Positions 23,586 to 37,235 of a stretch of DNA of 64,000 bases are shown here, piece by piece. Where the stretch lies: positions 186,001 to 250,000 of the forward strand of contig NIVC01001671.1 of the NCBI GenBank assembly GCA_002269645.1. Direction: 5' to 3'. The translations under genes and the position numbers were made by a program. The notes below the pieces were generated by a model that was not told the origin of the DNA, did no database searches, and saw only the letters and a list, made by a program, of their open reading frames with translations. The stretch's first letter is position 1. Every line of letters begins with the position of its first letter. The DNA comes from Macrostomum lignano (taxonomy: Eukaryota).

Positions 23586-23849
23586 CACTAAGACAGCTGG
23601 ACACAGACAAAAGCGCTAGACAGCGATTTCCATTCAGATAAAACAAGCAAAACTCACGTGATTGAATATCAGGCAAAATCCTCTACTGGGATGGTCCATC
23701 TTGTACTCAACATCAATGTCTTCTAGAGCAGCAGTTGGCAGAGGCTGAGGAAATGCTGGCTGCACCTGGCTAGAGCGCTTGAAGATGCTGGGCCCAGCAT
23801 CTGTGGCATCGTCTTTGTTTGGTTGCTCTACAGCTGCTTGGTCTGACAT
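21935..23849 (-). CDS. Effector caspase (caspase-3/7-like, short prodomain, ~309 aa). Exons 23849-23658, 22972-22646, 22345-21935
   Basis: [16 protein letters not shown] / [14 protein letters not shown] (catalytic His), KPKLFFIQ|ACRG (QACRG across a phase-0 intron), [22 protein letters not shown]; all junctions GT-AG. Confidence 0.94.
22395..22565. repeat. ~20-bp minisatellite GAGATCCCCAATCCCATTCT (caspase intron)
   Basis: Tandem copies. Confidence 0.85.
23102..23590. repeat. (ACAG)n microsatellite (caspase intron)
   Basis: Direct inspection. Confidence 0.97.
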
Positions 23850-24484
23850 TATTGCAGAAAAAATTGCTTTAACTATAAACTTGACCAGATCCAATCTTGC
23901 ACTAATGTTTAAATATTAGAAAAATGTATTCTATTTATCATATCTAGTTATATTTTTTGATATTCTTATTTTTAAAAAGTTATAATTTGGTAGTGAATAC
24001 TGAAAGTTCTGAAATATATTTGAAAAACCCAAATTACCTTCTCAATAAAGAAATATATATTTTAGACCTGTAACATATTCATTAACCTCTAAAACAAGGG
24101 TATTGCCATGGATTTTATAGTAGGGGGACAAAGCCAAAAATTCTAAAACCTAAAATATCTCCTAAAAAAGTCATTTGGTTTTCACAAGTTGAGACGGTTG
24201 AGCTTTATAAAAAGGTTAAATTATAACAAAGGTCTTTTTAAACTATTATAAATATATTCATTTTAAACAGAATTATATAATAATTTTGAAAAAATGATGC
24301 ATAATTAAAACTTTTATCAATAACTTTTACTAGTCTTATTTAATATTATTTTTAAAAAAAGCTAAGTTCATTACCAACTTTTTAGAGTATACAAAGTTCC
24401 TTTATTTCATGTTAAACACATTTATTTACACTAAATTTTTTATACATAGCATAAATTTGTTCATTAAAATTTGTGGTAATGGCT

Positions 24485-26078
24485 GCTAGAGTTCTAGCAC
24501 TGGAACCCATTTTCTAATGGCTATGGATCTAGCAGTCTTCTGCAGGCAGTTATCTACTAATGAAGTCTTGAACATTAGAAGTATCTTGTTTTGAATCTTA
24601 TCATTTTCCCAATGAAAATGGTACCTAGGCCAAGAAGCATCCCGGAGTCACTTGCATCACCCCAGTATTGTTTCAGACACATTGCAGATTACATAGGTCA
24701 AAACGTAAAGAAGTGATTCTAAATGCCTCTAAAGCAACAAGATGTCACGGTACAAGTTGCCAAAAAGTTGTCAGAGTCACCCCAGAATCACTTTTGAAGC
24801 ATTTTATTGTCTGCAACTTTAAAACGATTCTAGGGTGACACAAGTGATTCTGGCATGACTCTAATGACTCTGGGGTGATGGTATAATGATTCTGGGGCTG
24901 TAGAGTCATATTTGAGGTGTTCCAGAGTCACATTGGAGTTACTGAGTTGTGTTTAAAGTGCATTTGCATCGCTTGATGAATTAGAGTCACATTTCTAGCA
25001 TTTCAGCGGCATTCTGCAGTTGTTAAAATGTCGCAGAAGTGCTTTAGCATCACTGTAGAATTGTTACTGTGTCAATTCTAAGGCATTCTGGACATGTTAC
25101 AGAGTTGGTACTACTGGCATTAAACAGACTATCGGATCTTTATTTCTGGGCAAATACAAAATGCATGCTCATCGACTCAGAAGTGATGCACTAACGATTT
25201 TACAGTGACTAAAGTGCTTCTGCAATTTTTTGGCAACTTGTATGTGTCCATTACTCTGCCGCATTTAGTGGCTTGCCAATGTATACGGGGTGGAGTACTT
25301 GGGGTTTAAACTGTGAGGGGGGAGGCCTGTCTATTTATGCTGCCGCACAGTCTGCACTCTTGCCACTCTTTGCACTCCATTATTTAAATGAAAAAATTGA
25401 AGAAAAAAATACTTCCAACTTGTGGGGAGTTCATTTGCTGCTCCCCATTTTAATGCTTTGTTGTGCTGTTGCCACCTTGCTACACTTTATTTGCCTCTTG
25501 GCCTGTGCATCCTCATGGTTTAGAGTCATTTAGAATCACTATTTAACTTGTCATCCACAATGCGTCTAAAATGATTCTGGGGCCACGCAAGTGACTCCAG
25601 GATGCTTCTTGGCTTAAATACCATTATCATCAGGCAAAACACTGAGTTTTAGCCTATTGAACTCAAATTGCACTAACTAGCCTACTGAGTTAGTAGAAAG
25701 TTAAGCACCAGGACAATGATTCTTGGATGACTTTTTTGTAACTCTTTTATGCTTCTACAACTCACATGACACGTTTGTGATATAGCAGTCATATCTCTAT
25801 TGCATTTGACACATTTGAGTCATTAAAAAGTCACAAGAGTCACCCTAGACTTGCTAGAGTCACTAAATAGTAGTTTGCAATGACTTTTTAGTGACTCTTG
25901 TCATGGTCTCATTTTTAATGGGTTTGTTTTGAGCTTATATAGAACAAAATCTCCAAGTCAACCACGCATTAAAAATAAAAATTGTTTCTGCTATATTATA
26001 CCCATAAATTGCACTACTAGAATACCACTGCCAGATCCATAGCCCTTAGAAAATGGGTTCCAGTGCTAGAACTCTAGC
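24485..26078. mobile_element. Fold-back / MITE-like element with nested inverted repeats, no coding capacity seen
   Basis: 24485-24536 is the reverse complement of 26027-26078 (52 bp, 2 mismatches). A second inverted pair lies at ~24620-24685 / ~25558-25623 and a third at ~24751-24770 / ~25223-25242. Confidence 0.6.
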
Positions 26079-29000
26079 ACTGGATAAAAAAGGCATAAAT
26101 TTGTATGTCAAAAAAGGCATGAATTTGCATATCAAAAGTGAAAGGGGTAATTTGTATGCTAGAATTTTCCAGTATATATGTAACTTTCCATGTTGGGCAT
26201 TGGCTTTCATTTTGGCCTATAGATTTTATAAGTGCCTACAATGAGTGCCAAACTACTGGTAAGCACTAATATTAACAAGTATATTATACTTAGAAATTAT
26301 TTTTTTAAATTAATATTTTAGATGTTGCCTGGTTTTAGATAGGCCCTAGTTATATAAAATCGTTTTTAATATAGTTTATACTTTTTGACATTATGAGGCC
26401 AACTCCTCTGTTGGAAGAGAAAGGGGAAAAACTTCCATTACTGGAATTCCATTGCCTGAACTCTATTAGCTAAATTGCATGACCCAAATCCTATCATCTA
26501 ACTTTTCTCCAAATCTATCAAAATCCTCTCTGTGAAACAGAAATCCTCTCTGTGAGACTAAAAACCATCAAAATCCTCTCCATAAAACTGGACTCAATCA
26601 AAATTTTCTCCGTCAAATAGAGCTCAACTCTCAGGATTCAGTGGCTAGGATTAGGATTAGGGTTAGAGCTGCATGTTAAAAGGCTGCTAATAAGAAAAAG
26701 TTGAACCAATTAAATCAATTGATTATGCAATTGATTTCTCAGTCAATCAGTACCAGTCATAGTTAAAGTTAATAAAATGATTGCACAATCTAAATCAACC
26801 CTCCAATATACAATGATTGACCTCTTTCCTATACATAGCACCAGTGAGAAGTTGAACCCCCCAACTTTATCTCTGACTTCTTGCAAAAATGAGTACAATC
26901 TTTGTAGAAAGTTAAAAGTATGGAAATCATTTTTCAAATTCTAATCAAATGCTATGCTTTTTCTTTTTACATTTAAAACAAACAACTTATATCCCTGAAC
27001 TCAAGTTGCAAGATCTTTCTAGCAATATAAGTCTCTTCTCTTAAAGTTTAAAACTCAAAGAGAAGTTAGCATTTGAAATTTCCTGATTTATAGCATTGAA
27101 TTTTTAGTATATATTCATTGCCTGCTATATTCATGCATTGAATTTCACTATCTATTAGTTAGCAAGGTCCAAGTGTATATATGCAGCCACTTAGAATGCC
27201 CCTATCAATGCCCCTATCCCCCCACTGGAGTGAAAATGTACTGCCAAGATAGGAAAAAGTTGTGACACAATCACTCAAAATTGATGCAAATTTTTAGTTT
27301 AGAGCAGAAAAAGTGGCTAAATAAGGTTAAGAAAACAGTTTTCTACTTTTTGAAGATTTAATTTTGAAAAAAATTCTACATTAAAATAGCTTATTTATTA
27401 TGTAGGAAAATTCTGCAATGATATATAAGTCCTGCATTAAGTTGTCAGCCATCTAGGAGGTGTTAAATCTGGCTGGTCAATTGATTGATCCACTCAGCTT
27501 TAGATATAAGATTATTGAAAATAAAAAATTCAATTAGGCCTAGTCCTATTATTCTATTAATAAAAAACTATAAAAAATATAAGTGATTTTACACATATAC
27601 CTAAGTAAGAAGCAATTCTAAAGTTGTATATAAATGATTTTTCTTTTAAATGAATGAGCCAAAATCACAAAATGAAAAGCAACTGACAGGGTGAAAATTT
27701 TAAGTATGCCTAGACCCAGAAGCCAAAGGCAGAATTTAAGAAAATAAATTAGGGTTTAGGCATAAGTAGAAATATTATGCCAACTATTAACCCTATTGGC
27801 ATAATTCTAGGATTCTAATTCTAATTCTAGGCCCTATTCTAGGATTTATCGGCCTTACAAGCTCTACAGTGTGATGTTGGGCAGTTAGCATAGCTTGCAT
27901 GCCATAGGCTGGCTAATAGTAATATTCCTCTAGGCTTATATATTATGTCTGATAACGATGCTTAGAACTAGTACTAGTAGAAGTTAGGCCTACTACACTA
28001 CAGGTTAGCTAGGCCCCTTAGTCGCCTAGTCTTAGACCTGAGGGCCGAGGCCTATGCTAGGGCTAGGGCCTGGCCTACTAAGTGCTAGGATTTTACTTTG
28101 TTCAAAACTTCAAAATTCAAATATTAAATATGTTTAGATCTAGTTTAGTCTAGATAGACCAGGCCATAAATTACCTTGAACTAGCTAGAAATATTGTCAT
28201 AGTTTTGTTATTTATGGAAAAAATATGAGTATACAACCACTAATGCATATAAAAGTCTAGACTAGAATAGAACACAGTTGAAGAAAGAGATCAAAGTTCT
28301 CGGAAATGACGTGACCATCAAATTCTATTTTTAGGCCTAGGTTGTTTCGTGAATTAACAAACTAAATTAGGTATTATTTTGCAGAGTCAGGTAAGTGTTT
28401 CTTTTAGAAAATATTCGCAGTTTCATTATACGAAACTTGCTAGTAAAATATTGCGCTGCAAAAGTTAATTTTATTTATTTATCAAAAAAACGAAAGAAAC
28501 CGTATATTCAATATGTTTGTATTCGGGCACTCAAAAAGAACTACATAGGTAAATACTAGACTAATGAAGCCGATATTTGAAATGAAACCCTGAAATTATT
28601 CTGAAATAATCAGAAAAAAGTTGTATACTAAAAATTAAACAAGTCCATTTAATTGCTTTGCTTTGTACATGAACATGTCTCTAAATTTACTTGTAAAATA
28701 TATGTACGTATACGAACTAAAAGGACAACTAAAGTAGCAGGACGGAGAAATCGTCTGTTATAAAATATTGGCTCAAAAATAGCGAAAGACTGCTCAAATA
28801 TAACACTCATATTATACATGTCATTGTACAGAGCAGTCAAAATTATACAGAACGTCTGCTTAAAATGCTGAAAACACAGTAATTAAAAATCCTCCATAAT
28901 TAGTGGAAAGCAAAACTTGCGTGGGGCAGCCAACGTTTGTAATTTAATTGCTCATATAAATTCGGGCGCATTCTGATCATTAAAATTTACGAGAACGAAA

Positions 29001-29719
29001 TGATCATGTACATGTACGTTTAGGATTTTACAAAAGATGTAACGTACGAAACCTATACCTTTGACGGTGTTATGTCTTCGATATTTGTTTTAAAAGTCTC
29101 TTCATATAAAAATATACTTACTATTCTTCGAGTAGCTTAATGTCTAACGTCCGTGCGAGACCACAAGAATCTCCTTGGCGTCGTCGCATAGTAGACCTCG
29201 TTTGTCAGGACGTTGAAATAATTCGTCTTTATATACTATGCTAGCATGAAGGCAATCGCAGTCCGTGCTTTATTCGATCCACTACTGACTCCTAAACATT
29301 CACAATTAAGCGCGATTACTATATACGCTAGCAGTTACTACGCAGGCACGCTCACAGTTCTCTATGTGTTCATTCTTTATGTCCATTTATCTATAATGCG
29401 CAGCTCTTTCATTTGTGTTAAATTTTCTTAAAACCCCTGCTGTAAATTATGAAGAAAATACACCCTGCACTGTATAATTGTCTGAAATTGTCAAATACAT
29501 GTACATGATCAGGCGAAGGATACAAAATAAACTACATACATGTATTTCATTTCATTGATGATTGATTGCCTGGACCAACAAAAGCTTACGTTTTGGCCGT
29601 TGTAAATCAGCTACCATGCAGCCTAGCTTGTTGGTACAGAAGTATAGGCCCGATTTATGAATTGACATGGGGCAGCGCATGACTAATGCTGAATATTCTG
29701 CCAATTTTGATTGAGCGAA

Positions 29720-29841
<122 letters not shown>

Positions 29842-30169
29842 CTGCAACATCCGGTAAAGTCCATTGGGGTCACCCGTTCCCGATTAACGACTCCCATTTC
29901 AACCAGCTTGGCGAGTTAATTATAACAACTGCTCTCAATCCTACACAGTTGCATTGATGCAGCAGACAACACAAGATTATTTTTTCGTAGGATCTATTTA
30001 TAATCTTTGATCAGCTGACTCGTATACAGAAACAGTTTTCCTTGTGTAAAATATATAGGACGCTGGATACAATCAAAACTTCATAATTTATAAGATCGAT
30101 CCACCACTTTGTTATAATTGTTTCGCTCCTACCTCAAGGGTCAGAAAAGGAATCTAACCTATGCGGGCG

Positions 30170-30440
30170 TGAGAGAGAATAGGAGAGGAGAGAGGGAGAA
30201 AAAAGAGGAGAGAAGTGGAGAGGAGGGAAGATAAGAGGGGTGTAGAAAGTGAGGTGAGGGGAGGGAGAGAGTAGAGAGGTAAGAGGGAGGAGAGAGGAGA
30301 GGAGAGAATAGAAGAGTTGAGGGGAATAGAAAAGAGAAGAGAGAGAAGAGGGGAGAGGAGCGAGAAGAGGAGAGAGTAGAGAGGAGAGAGGAATGAGAAG
30401 AGGAGGGAGTAGAGAGGAGAGAGGAGTTAGAAGAGGAGAG
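30170..30440. repeat. Polypurine low-complexity tract
   Basis: Almost entirely G/A. Confidence 0.85.
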
Positions 30441-32360
30441 ATATAACCTTGAGCCAGGATTGCCATTGAAAATCGTCAAAAATTTTGCCGCTTCCTAAAA
30501 ATTAATGCTAGATTTATGACAATTCAAAGTTTTTCAAAACTTTATGTTGTCAAGTTTTTTTTGTTGTCAACTGATGTTTCTCGATGCATATTTTAGCACA
30601 CATTTTGCACGACCGCGCGCCTCTGGTTTTTCGCTCCTCATGGATTGTTGAGCATGCTGAGCATGCAGCAGCTACTCGATCTCGACCTCCTAAGCCTCTT
30701 ATAAGAAGGGGACAAAATCCTGTTGTCTCCAACCGACTTCATCGATCATCCTTAGACGATCTATCTTCTCTCTAACTCTTTTATCCCTATTCCACTCTCC
30801 TCTCGTTTTTCCCTCCGAGATGCAACGTTTTATTCTTCATTCTTCCCAGCGACTTTATATCGATCACCCAACTGCAGCTCAAGTCATCCACATAGATTGG
30901 TCAGCGCTGAGTCTGTTTGGTTTCGTCTCTTCATCCCCGGGATCTCAACTCTTTTTCGTTCCGTCAGTGAATTGCATTTTAGTATGCCAATTCTTCACAA
31001 TTCACGGGGCTGTTCCATTTGAACGCTTCGCCATCCAGTAGATTACGGGCTAAAGTTAAAGTCAATATTTGCAGCCATGAACTTTTTGACAACTCAATGA
31101 CTCACGTGTCAAATGCAGTCAACCATGTACTCACTCATGTATTCACTCATCCACTCACTAATCAGCTCAATTATAAATAGAACAAATATTTATGGCACAG
31201 TTCGCCTTCGGCAACATCGTCCCAAAGCCGGTCCTGACGCAATTCTTCTCAACCCAACCCAACCCGAAAAACAAATCATTATTTCGAGCACACAAGTCCT
31301 CGGAGTCGAGCGCGATTGAGAATCAGACGCGTTTAACGCTTATGAACTCACTTTAAACTCATTAATTTTGATGCCACGAACGATAAACTATCCTCGAGTG
31401 CTTACGAGATCTAGCCTTCAAAAAAAACTCTGTGATCACTGATCGATCGATTACTGGCTGGCGATGACTATCCAAATTTCGATTAATTTTCTTGCAGAAG
31501 ATTTTCTCCAAAGCAAGCCGACGTTGACACTCTACGAAGCAAGAGCCCGATCTCCTGCCCCATCTCGCTCGGGAATGAGAAGCTGCTATCTGAGTTATGG
31601 GGATAATCTCGGGCGCAAACTCCCCAGGGAGCTGAGCAGAAGATCTGAGGGGGGATTTTGGGACTGGGCAGAATCGCGGAAAGAAAATATGGATCAAGGA
31701 TTGCAAAAAAGCTTCAATGTGGGAAAGCTAAGAAGGAGTTTTTTGTGCGCGCGGGAGGCCATCTCCCCTCCGCCCTCTCCGATCGTCTCTTCTTTGAGTC
31801 TTGCTTGAGTCTTCAACGTCAGCGAGGCATTCATTCACCTACACACACACACACACAAATATCTGAAAGGGTAGGCAAAGCGTGAGACTGTGACTACTAG
31901 AAGTCAAACCCTGAGCAGTGAGCAAGGCAGGAAAAGAGTTGCCAATCTCCCATTGGATGCCTGAAGTGAGAGTTGCCACGGCAAGAAAGGGAGTAAGGAG
32001 AGGTGGCGACAGGCGAGCAAAGAAAAGCTACAGGAAGCTGTCAGCAGCTTCAGGGAGAGACCTAAATTCAACCTGAACGGCGCGCGCACACCATTGGCGG
32101 AACTTCTCCGCCGTCTTCACTCCGTAAGTCTGCTTCATCAAAAGGAGCTCTCAAGCAACTTATAAGCTAGCTTGCTACTGAATAGACAGGACCTCTCAAC
32201 CAATCCAAACCCTTTCTCAACCCATGCATCTTAATGCTAAGCCTATAAAGTTTAAGCCACAACTCTCGGCTCTCGTTAGCCAACAGTTTCGCCAATCAAG
32301 TAGCCGGAATGGCTTGACTGGCTGACTCATCCGGGACAACGAGGCCAGGACTCGCCAGTC

Positions 32361-35300
32361 ATGTTTATAAAATTGTTCCAATCAATTTCGCTGTGTCAGC
32401 TACTGTTTTGCGCTTGCCTGTCGGCTGGCTTGACATCGTGGCCTGTGCTGGTGTCCCGGCGGGTAAGGACAAGACGACTTCCACTGACAATACATCCATT
32501 GTTGTTAAATAGGTTGAGACTGTCAACTATTTAGTGTCTCTCTCTGCAGTTAGTGGGTTGGTTGTGTCTGGCATCCATGCAGTGACTCTCTGCAGTTAGT
32601 GGGTTGTGTCTGACATCCATGCAGTGTCTCTCTGCAGTTAGTGGGTTGGTTGTGTCTGACATCCATGCAGTGTCTCTCTGCAGTTAGTGGGTTGTGTCTG
32701 ACATCCATGCAGTGTCTCTCTGCAGTTAGTGGGTTGGTTGTGTCTGACATCCATGCAGTGTCTTTCTGCAGTTAGTGGGTTGTGTCTGGCATCCATGCAG
32801 TGACTCTCTGCAGTTAGTGGGTTGTGTCTGACATCCATGCAGTCTCTCTCTGCAGTTAGTGGGTTGGTTGTGTCTGACATCCATGCAGTGTCTCTCTCTG
32901 CAGTTAGTGGGTTGGTTGTGTCTGACATCCATGCAGTGTCTCTCTCTGCAGTTAGTGGGTTGGTTGTGTCTGACATCCATGCAGTGTCTCTCTCTGCAGT
33001 TAGTGGGTTGTTGTTGGCATCCATGCAGTGTCTCTCTGCAGTTAGTGGGTTGCTGTTGGCATCCATGCAGTGTCTCTCTGCAGCTAGTGGGTTGCTGTTG
33101 GCATCCATGCAGTGACTCTCTGCAGTTAGTGGGTTGTGTCTGACATCCATGCAGTCTCTCTCTGCAGTTAGTGGGTTGGTTGTGTCTGACATCCATGCAG
33201 TGTCTCTCTCTGCAGTTAGTGGGTTGGTTGTGTCTGACATCCATGCAGTGTCTCTCTCTGCAGTTAGTGGGTTGGTTGTGTCTGACATCCATGCAGTGTC
33301 TCTCTCTGCAGTTAGTGGGTTGTTGTTGGCATCCATGCAGTGTCTCTCTGCAGTTAGTGGGTTGCTGTTGGCATCCATGCAGTGTCTCTCTGCAGCTAGT
33401 GGGTTGCTGTTGGCATCCATGCAGTGACTCTCTGCAGTTAGTGGGTTGTTGTTGGCATCCATGCAGTGTCTCTCTGCAGTTAGTGGGTTGGTTGTGTCTG
33501 ACATCCATGCAGTGTCTCTCTGCAGTTAGTGGGTTGTGTCTGGCATCCATGCAGTGACTCTCTGCAGTTAGTGGGTTGTGTCTGACATCCATGCAGTCTC
33601 TCTCTGCAGTTAGTGGGTTGGTTGTGTCTGACATCCATGCAGTGTCTCTCTCTGCAGTTAGTGGGTTGGTTGTGTCTGACATCCATGCAGTGTCTCTCTC
33701 TGCAGTTAGTGGGTTGGTTGTGTCTGACATCCATGCAGTGTCTCTCTCTGCAGTTAGTGGGTTGGTTGTGTCTGACATCCATGCAGTGTCTCTCTCTGCA
33801 GTTAGTGGGTTGTTGTTGGCATCCATGCAGTGTCTCTCTGCAGTTAGTGGGTTGCTGTTGGCATCCATGCAGTGTCTCTCTGCAGCTAGTGGGTTGCTGT
33901 TGGCATCCATGCAGTGACTCTCTGCAGTTAGTGGGTTGCTGTTGGCATCCATGCAGTGACTCTCTGCAGTTAGTGGGTTGCTGTTGGCATCCATGCAGTG
34001 TCTCTCTGCAGCTAGTGGGTTGCTGTTGGCATCCATGCAGTGTCTCTCTGCAGCTAGTGGGTTGCTGTTGGCATCCATGCAGTGACTCTCTGCAGCTAGT
34101 GGGTTGCTGTTGGCATCCATGCAGTGACTCTCTGCAGTTAGTGGATTGTTGTTGGCATCCATGCAGTGACTCTCTGCAGTTAGTGGGTTGTTGTTGGCAT
34201 CCATGCAGTGACTCTCTGCAGCTAGTGGGTTGCTGTTGGCATCCATGCAGTGACTCTCTGCAGTTAGTGTGTTGCTGTTGGCATCCATGCAGTGTCTCTC
34301 TGCAGTTAGTGGGTTGCTGTTGGCATCCATGCAGTGTCTCTCTGCAGCTAGTGGGTTGCTGTTGGCATCCATGCAGTGTCTCTCTGCAGCTAGTGGGTTG
34401 CTGTTGGCATCCATGCAGTGACTCTCTGCAGCTAGTGGGTTGCTGTTGGCATCCATGCAGTGACTCTCTGCAGTTAGTGGATTGTTGTTGGCATCCATGC
34501 AGTGACTCTCTGCAGTTAGTGGGTTGTTGTTGGCATCCATGCAGTGACTCTCTGCAGCTAGTGGGTTGCTGTTGGCATCCATGCAGTGACTCTCTGCAGC
34601 TAGTGGGTTGCTGTTGGCATCCATGCAGTGACTCTCTGCAGTTAGTGGATTGTTGTTGGCATCCATGCAGTGACTCTCTGCAGTTAGTGGGTTGCTGTTG
34701 GCATCCATGCAGTGACTCTCTGCAGTTAGTGGGTTGTTGTTGGCATCCATGCAGTGACTCTCTGCAGTTAGTGGGTTGGTTGTGTCTGACATCCATGCAG
34801 TGTCTCTCTGCAGTTAGTGGGTTGTGTCTGGCATCCATGCAGTGACTCTCTGCAGCTAGTGGGTTGTGTCTGGCATCCATGCAGTGACTCTCTGCAGTTA
34901 GTGGGTTGTTGTTGGCATCCATGCAGTGTCTCTCTGCAGTTAGTGGGTTGGTTGTGTCTGACATCCATGCAGTGTCTCTCTGCAGTTAGTGGGTTGGTTG
35001 TGTCTGACATCCATGCAGTGTCTCTCTGCAGTTAGTGGATTGGTTTTGTCTGGCATCCGTCAAGTGACTCTCAATGAGCAGGCCGATCATTTTCAATTGT
35101 CGCCACCGGGCAGACGCCGTTCGACTGTCCGCGGCCCTGTCGGTGCTTCAACCAGCCGCCGCAGTGCCACGCCGGCGTCACCGCGGTGAGAGACGGCTGC
35201 GGCTGCTGTGAGGTCTGCGCCAGGCAGCTCGGCGAGGACTGCGACGAACGGTACCCGTGCGATCCTGCCGGGGACCTGGTCTGCGCCAGGGACCCCAGCA

Positions 35301-35765
35301 CTCATGTGGCCTTCTGTAGAAGTGAGTCTTACACAGTGCTTGCATGCAATATGAGATCAAGATTCACTACTGTTAGTGACTCGCTTGTCGCTGATCCGTT
35401 CCACAATCCCATGATCCACCGCATAAATTCCTAAAGAGCGCTCCGGCGGTCTGAGTTGCCACGTCAACGGCCGCGTCTACAGAGACGGCGAAGCCTTCAA
35501 CTCAACGTGCCGCTACCGCTGCCTCTGCCAGGACGGTCGGGTGGCCTGTTCAGACGTCTGCTGGCACCAGAGCCGCCAGCCTCCCAGCAGCGTTTGCCGG
35601 CACAGCAGCCTGGTGCCGATCCCCGGCCGCTGCTGCAAGGAGTGGATCTGCGACAACACGCCTGCCGCGGTCGCTGCGACAGCTGCGCCGGCGTCGTCGA
35701 AAGCTGGCGAGGGGGAGGACAACGACGACGGGGTGGTGGCCAGAAAGAGTCGACATGGTGAGGTC

Positions 35766-35850
<85 letters not shown>

Positions 35851-36792
35851 CAGTCAGTCAGTCAGTCAGTCAGTCAGTCAGTCAGTCAGTCAGTCAGTCA
35901 GTCAGTCAGTCAGTCAGTCAGTCAGTCAGTCAGTCAGTCAGTCAGTCAGTCAGTCAGTCAGTCAGTCAGTCAGTCAGTCAGTCAGTCAGTCAGTCAGTCA
36001 GTCAGTCAGTCAGTCAGTCAGTCAGTCAGTCAGTCAGTCAGTCAGTCAGTCAGTCAGTCAGTCAGTCAGTCAGTCAGTCAGTCAGTCAGTCAGTCAGTCA
36101 GTCAGTCAGTCAGTCAGTCAGTCAGTCAGTCAGTCAGTCAGTCAGTCAGTCAGTCAGTCAGTCAGTCAGTCAGTCAGTCAGCTAGTTACTGATTCTCTTT
36201 CCAGGGCAAAAAGGCAATGGGAATCAGGAGATCCGACATGCGGATCTTGCTGGCTGCCCCAGGCACAACAAGGTGGTCACCAAGTGGTCCGCCTGCTCAA
36301 CCACCTGCGGAGTTGGCCAGTCGTCAAGGCTCACTAATGACAATGTGGAGTGCAAGACGATTCGAGAGACTCGACTGTGCATGATGGCCGAGTGCGTTGC
36401 AGATCCCGCCGTGGTGAGCTGACAGATTTTATTGTTGTTATCACGGCTCACTTAAAATGTCAAAGAGGTGTAACAATGGACATTTTGCAACTCCACAGGA
36501 GGAGCAACGCTGTCGTTCAACCATTCGAGCAGAGAGGCCAATGAGTCTGACCTACACCGAAGACCAGGTGTCTCAGACATTGGGCGAAGGTCCCGCAACC
36601 CCTGTGCAGTGCCGCAGTGTCCGCCTCTGGAAGCCGAAATTCTGTTCTGGATGCCAGAGAAAACGTTGCTGCAGACCATTGAAGGTCAAGACGAAAATGG
36701 TGGAGTTTCAATGCGATGATGGGATCGGACGAGTTCGCCAGTGGGCCTGGATAAAACGGTGCATCTGCACCAATAGAGGCTGCGACGTTTAG
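32361..36792 (+). CDS. CCN-family matricellular protein (signal peptide, IGFBP, VWC, TSP1, CT cystine knot). Exons 32361-32462, 35114-35321, 35437-35757, 36205-36413, 36499-36792
   Basis: IGFBP motif DGCGCCEVCARQLGEDC; VWC CHVNGRVYRDGEAF..CRYRCLCQDG...GRCCKEWIC; TSP1 TKWSACSTTCGVGQSSRLTNDN; CT KPKFCSGC..RCCRP..VEFQC..IKRCIC; one module per exon. The first exon (MFIKLFQSISLCQLLFCACLSAG, CGG|gtaagg) and its acceptor are less certain. Confidence 0.92.
32535..35070. repeat. 42-bp minisatellite GCAGTTAGTGGGTTGCTGTTGGCATCCATGCAGTGACTCTCT with 46/48-bp variants (CCN intron 1)
   Basis: Tandem copies; a 312-bp higher-order block is visible as identical ORFs at 32822 and 33134. Confidence 0.96.
35767..36182. 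repeat. Compound microsatellite (TTAG)n then (TCAG)n (CCN intron)
   Basis: Direct inspection. Confidence 0.97.
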
Positions 36793-36914
36793 AGTAACGC
36801 GTGAAGAACCGGTCAAGTTTGTTGAACCTTTAAATGCGATGGATTAAAAGCGCAGTCTTTTTATTGGAATCAGTTTTAAATTAAAATTCACTTCAATGGC
36901 AAGTTGTGCCTCTC

Positions 36915-37235
36915 ACCCACCACATCGATTTCAGTGGCTCTCACCCACCACCCCAATTTCACTGGCTCCCCCCACCACCCCAATTTAAATAGCTCTCACC
37001 CCACCCCAATTTAAAAAACTCTCACCCACTACCCCAATTTCACTGGCTGTCCCCCACCACCCCAATTTAAATTGCTCTCACCCACCACCCCAATTTAAAT
37101 AGCTCTCACCCACCGCCCTAATTTCAGCGGCTCTCACCCACCACCCGAATTTACCTAGCTCGCATCCTAACACCGCATTTCAGTGGCTGTCACCCTCCAC
37201 CCCAATTTAACTAGCTCTCACCCTCCAACCCAAAT
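36915..37235. repeat. ~29-bp degenerate minisatellite CTCTCACCCACCACCCCAATTTAAATAG
   Basis: Tandem copies 3' of CCN. Confidence 0.8.

Noticed and set aside
30480-32350. Several 60-115-aa ORFs upstream of CCN
   Set aside because: No recognisable motifs or consistent splice structure; probably CCN 5' regulatory/UTR sequence.
32638-35035. Long Cys/His-rich repetitive ORFs (MDANSNPLTAESHC)n
   Set aside because: Translations of the 42-bp array in CCN intron 1, open on both strands.
35767-35850. (TTAG)n tract as an interstitial telomere
   Set aside because: The unit is TTAG rather than TTAGGG or TTAGG, and it grades into (TCAG)n; an ordinary microsatellite.
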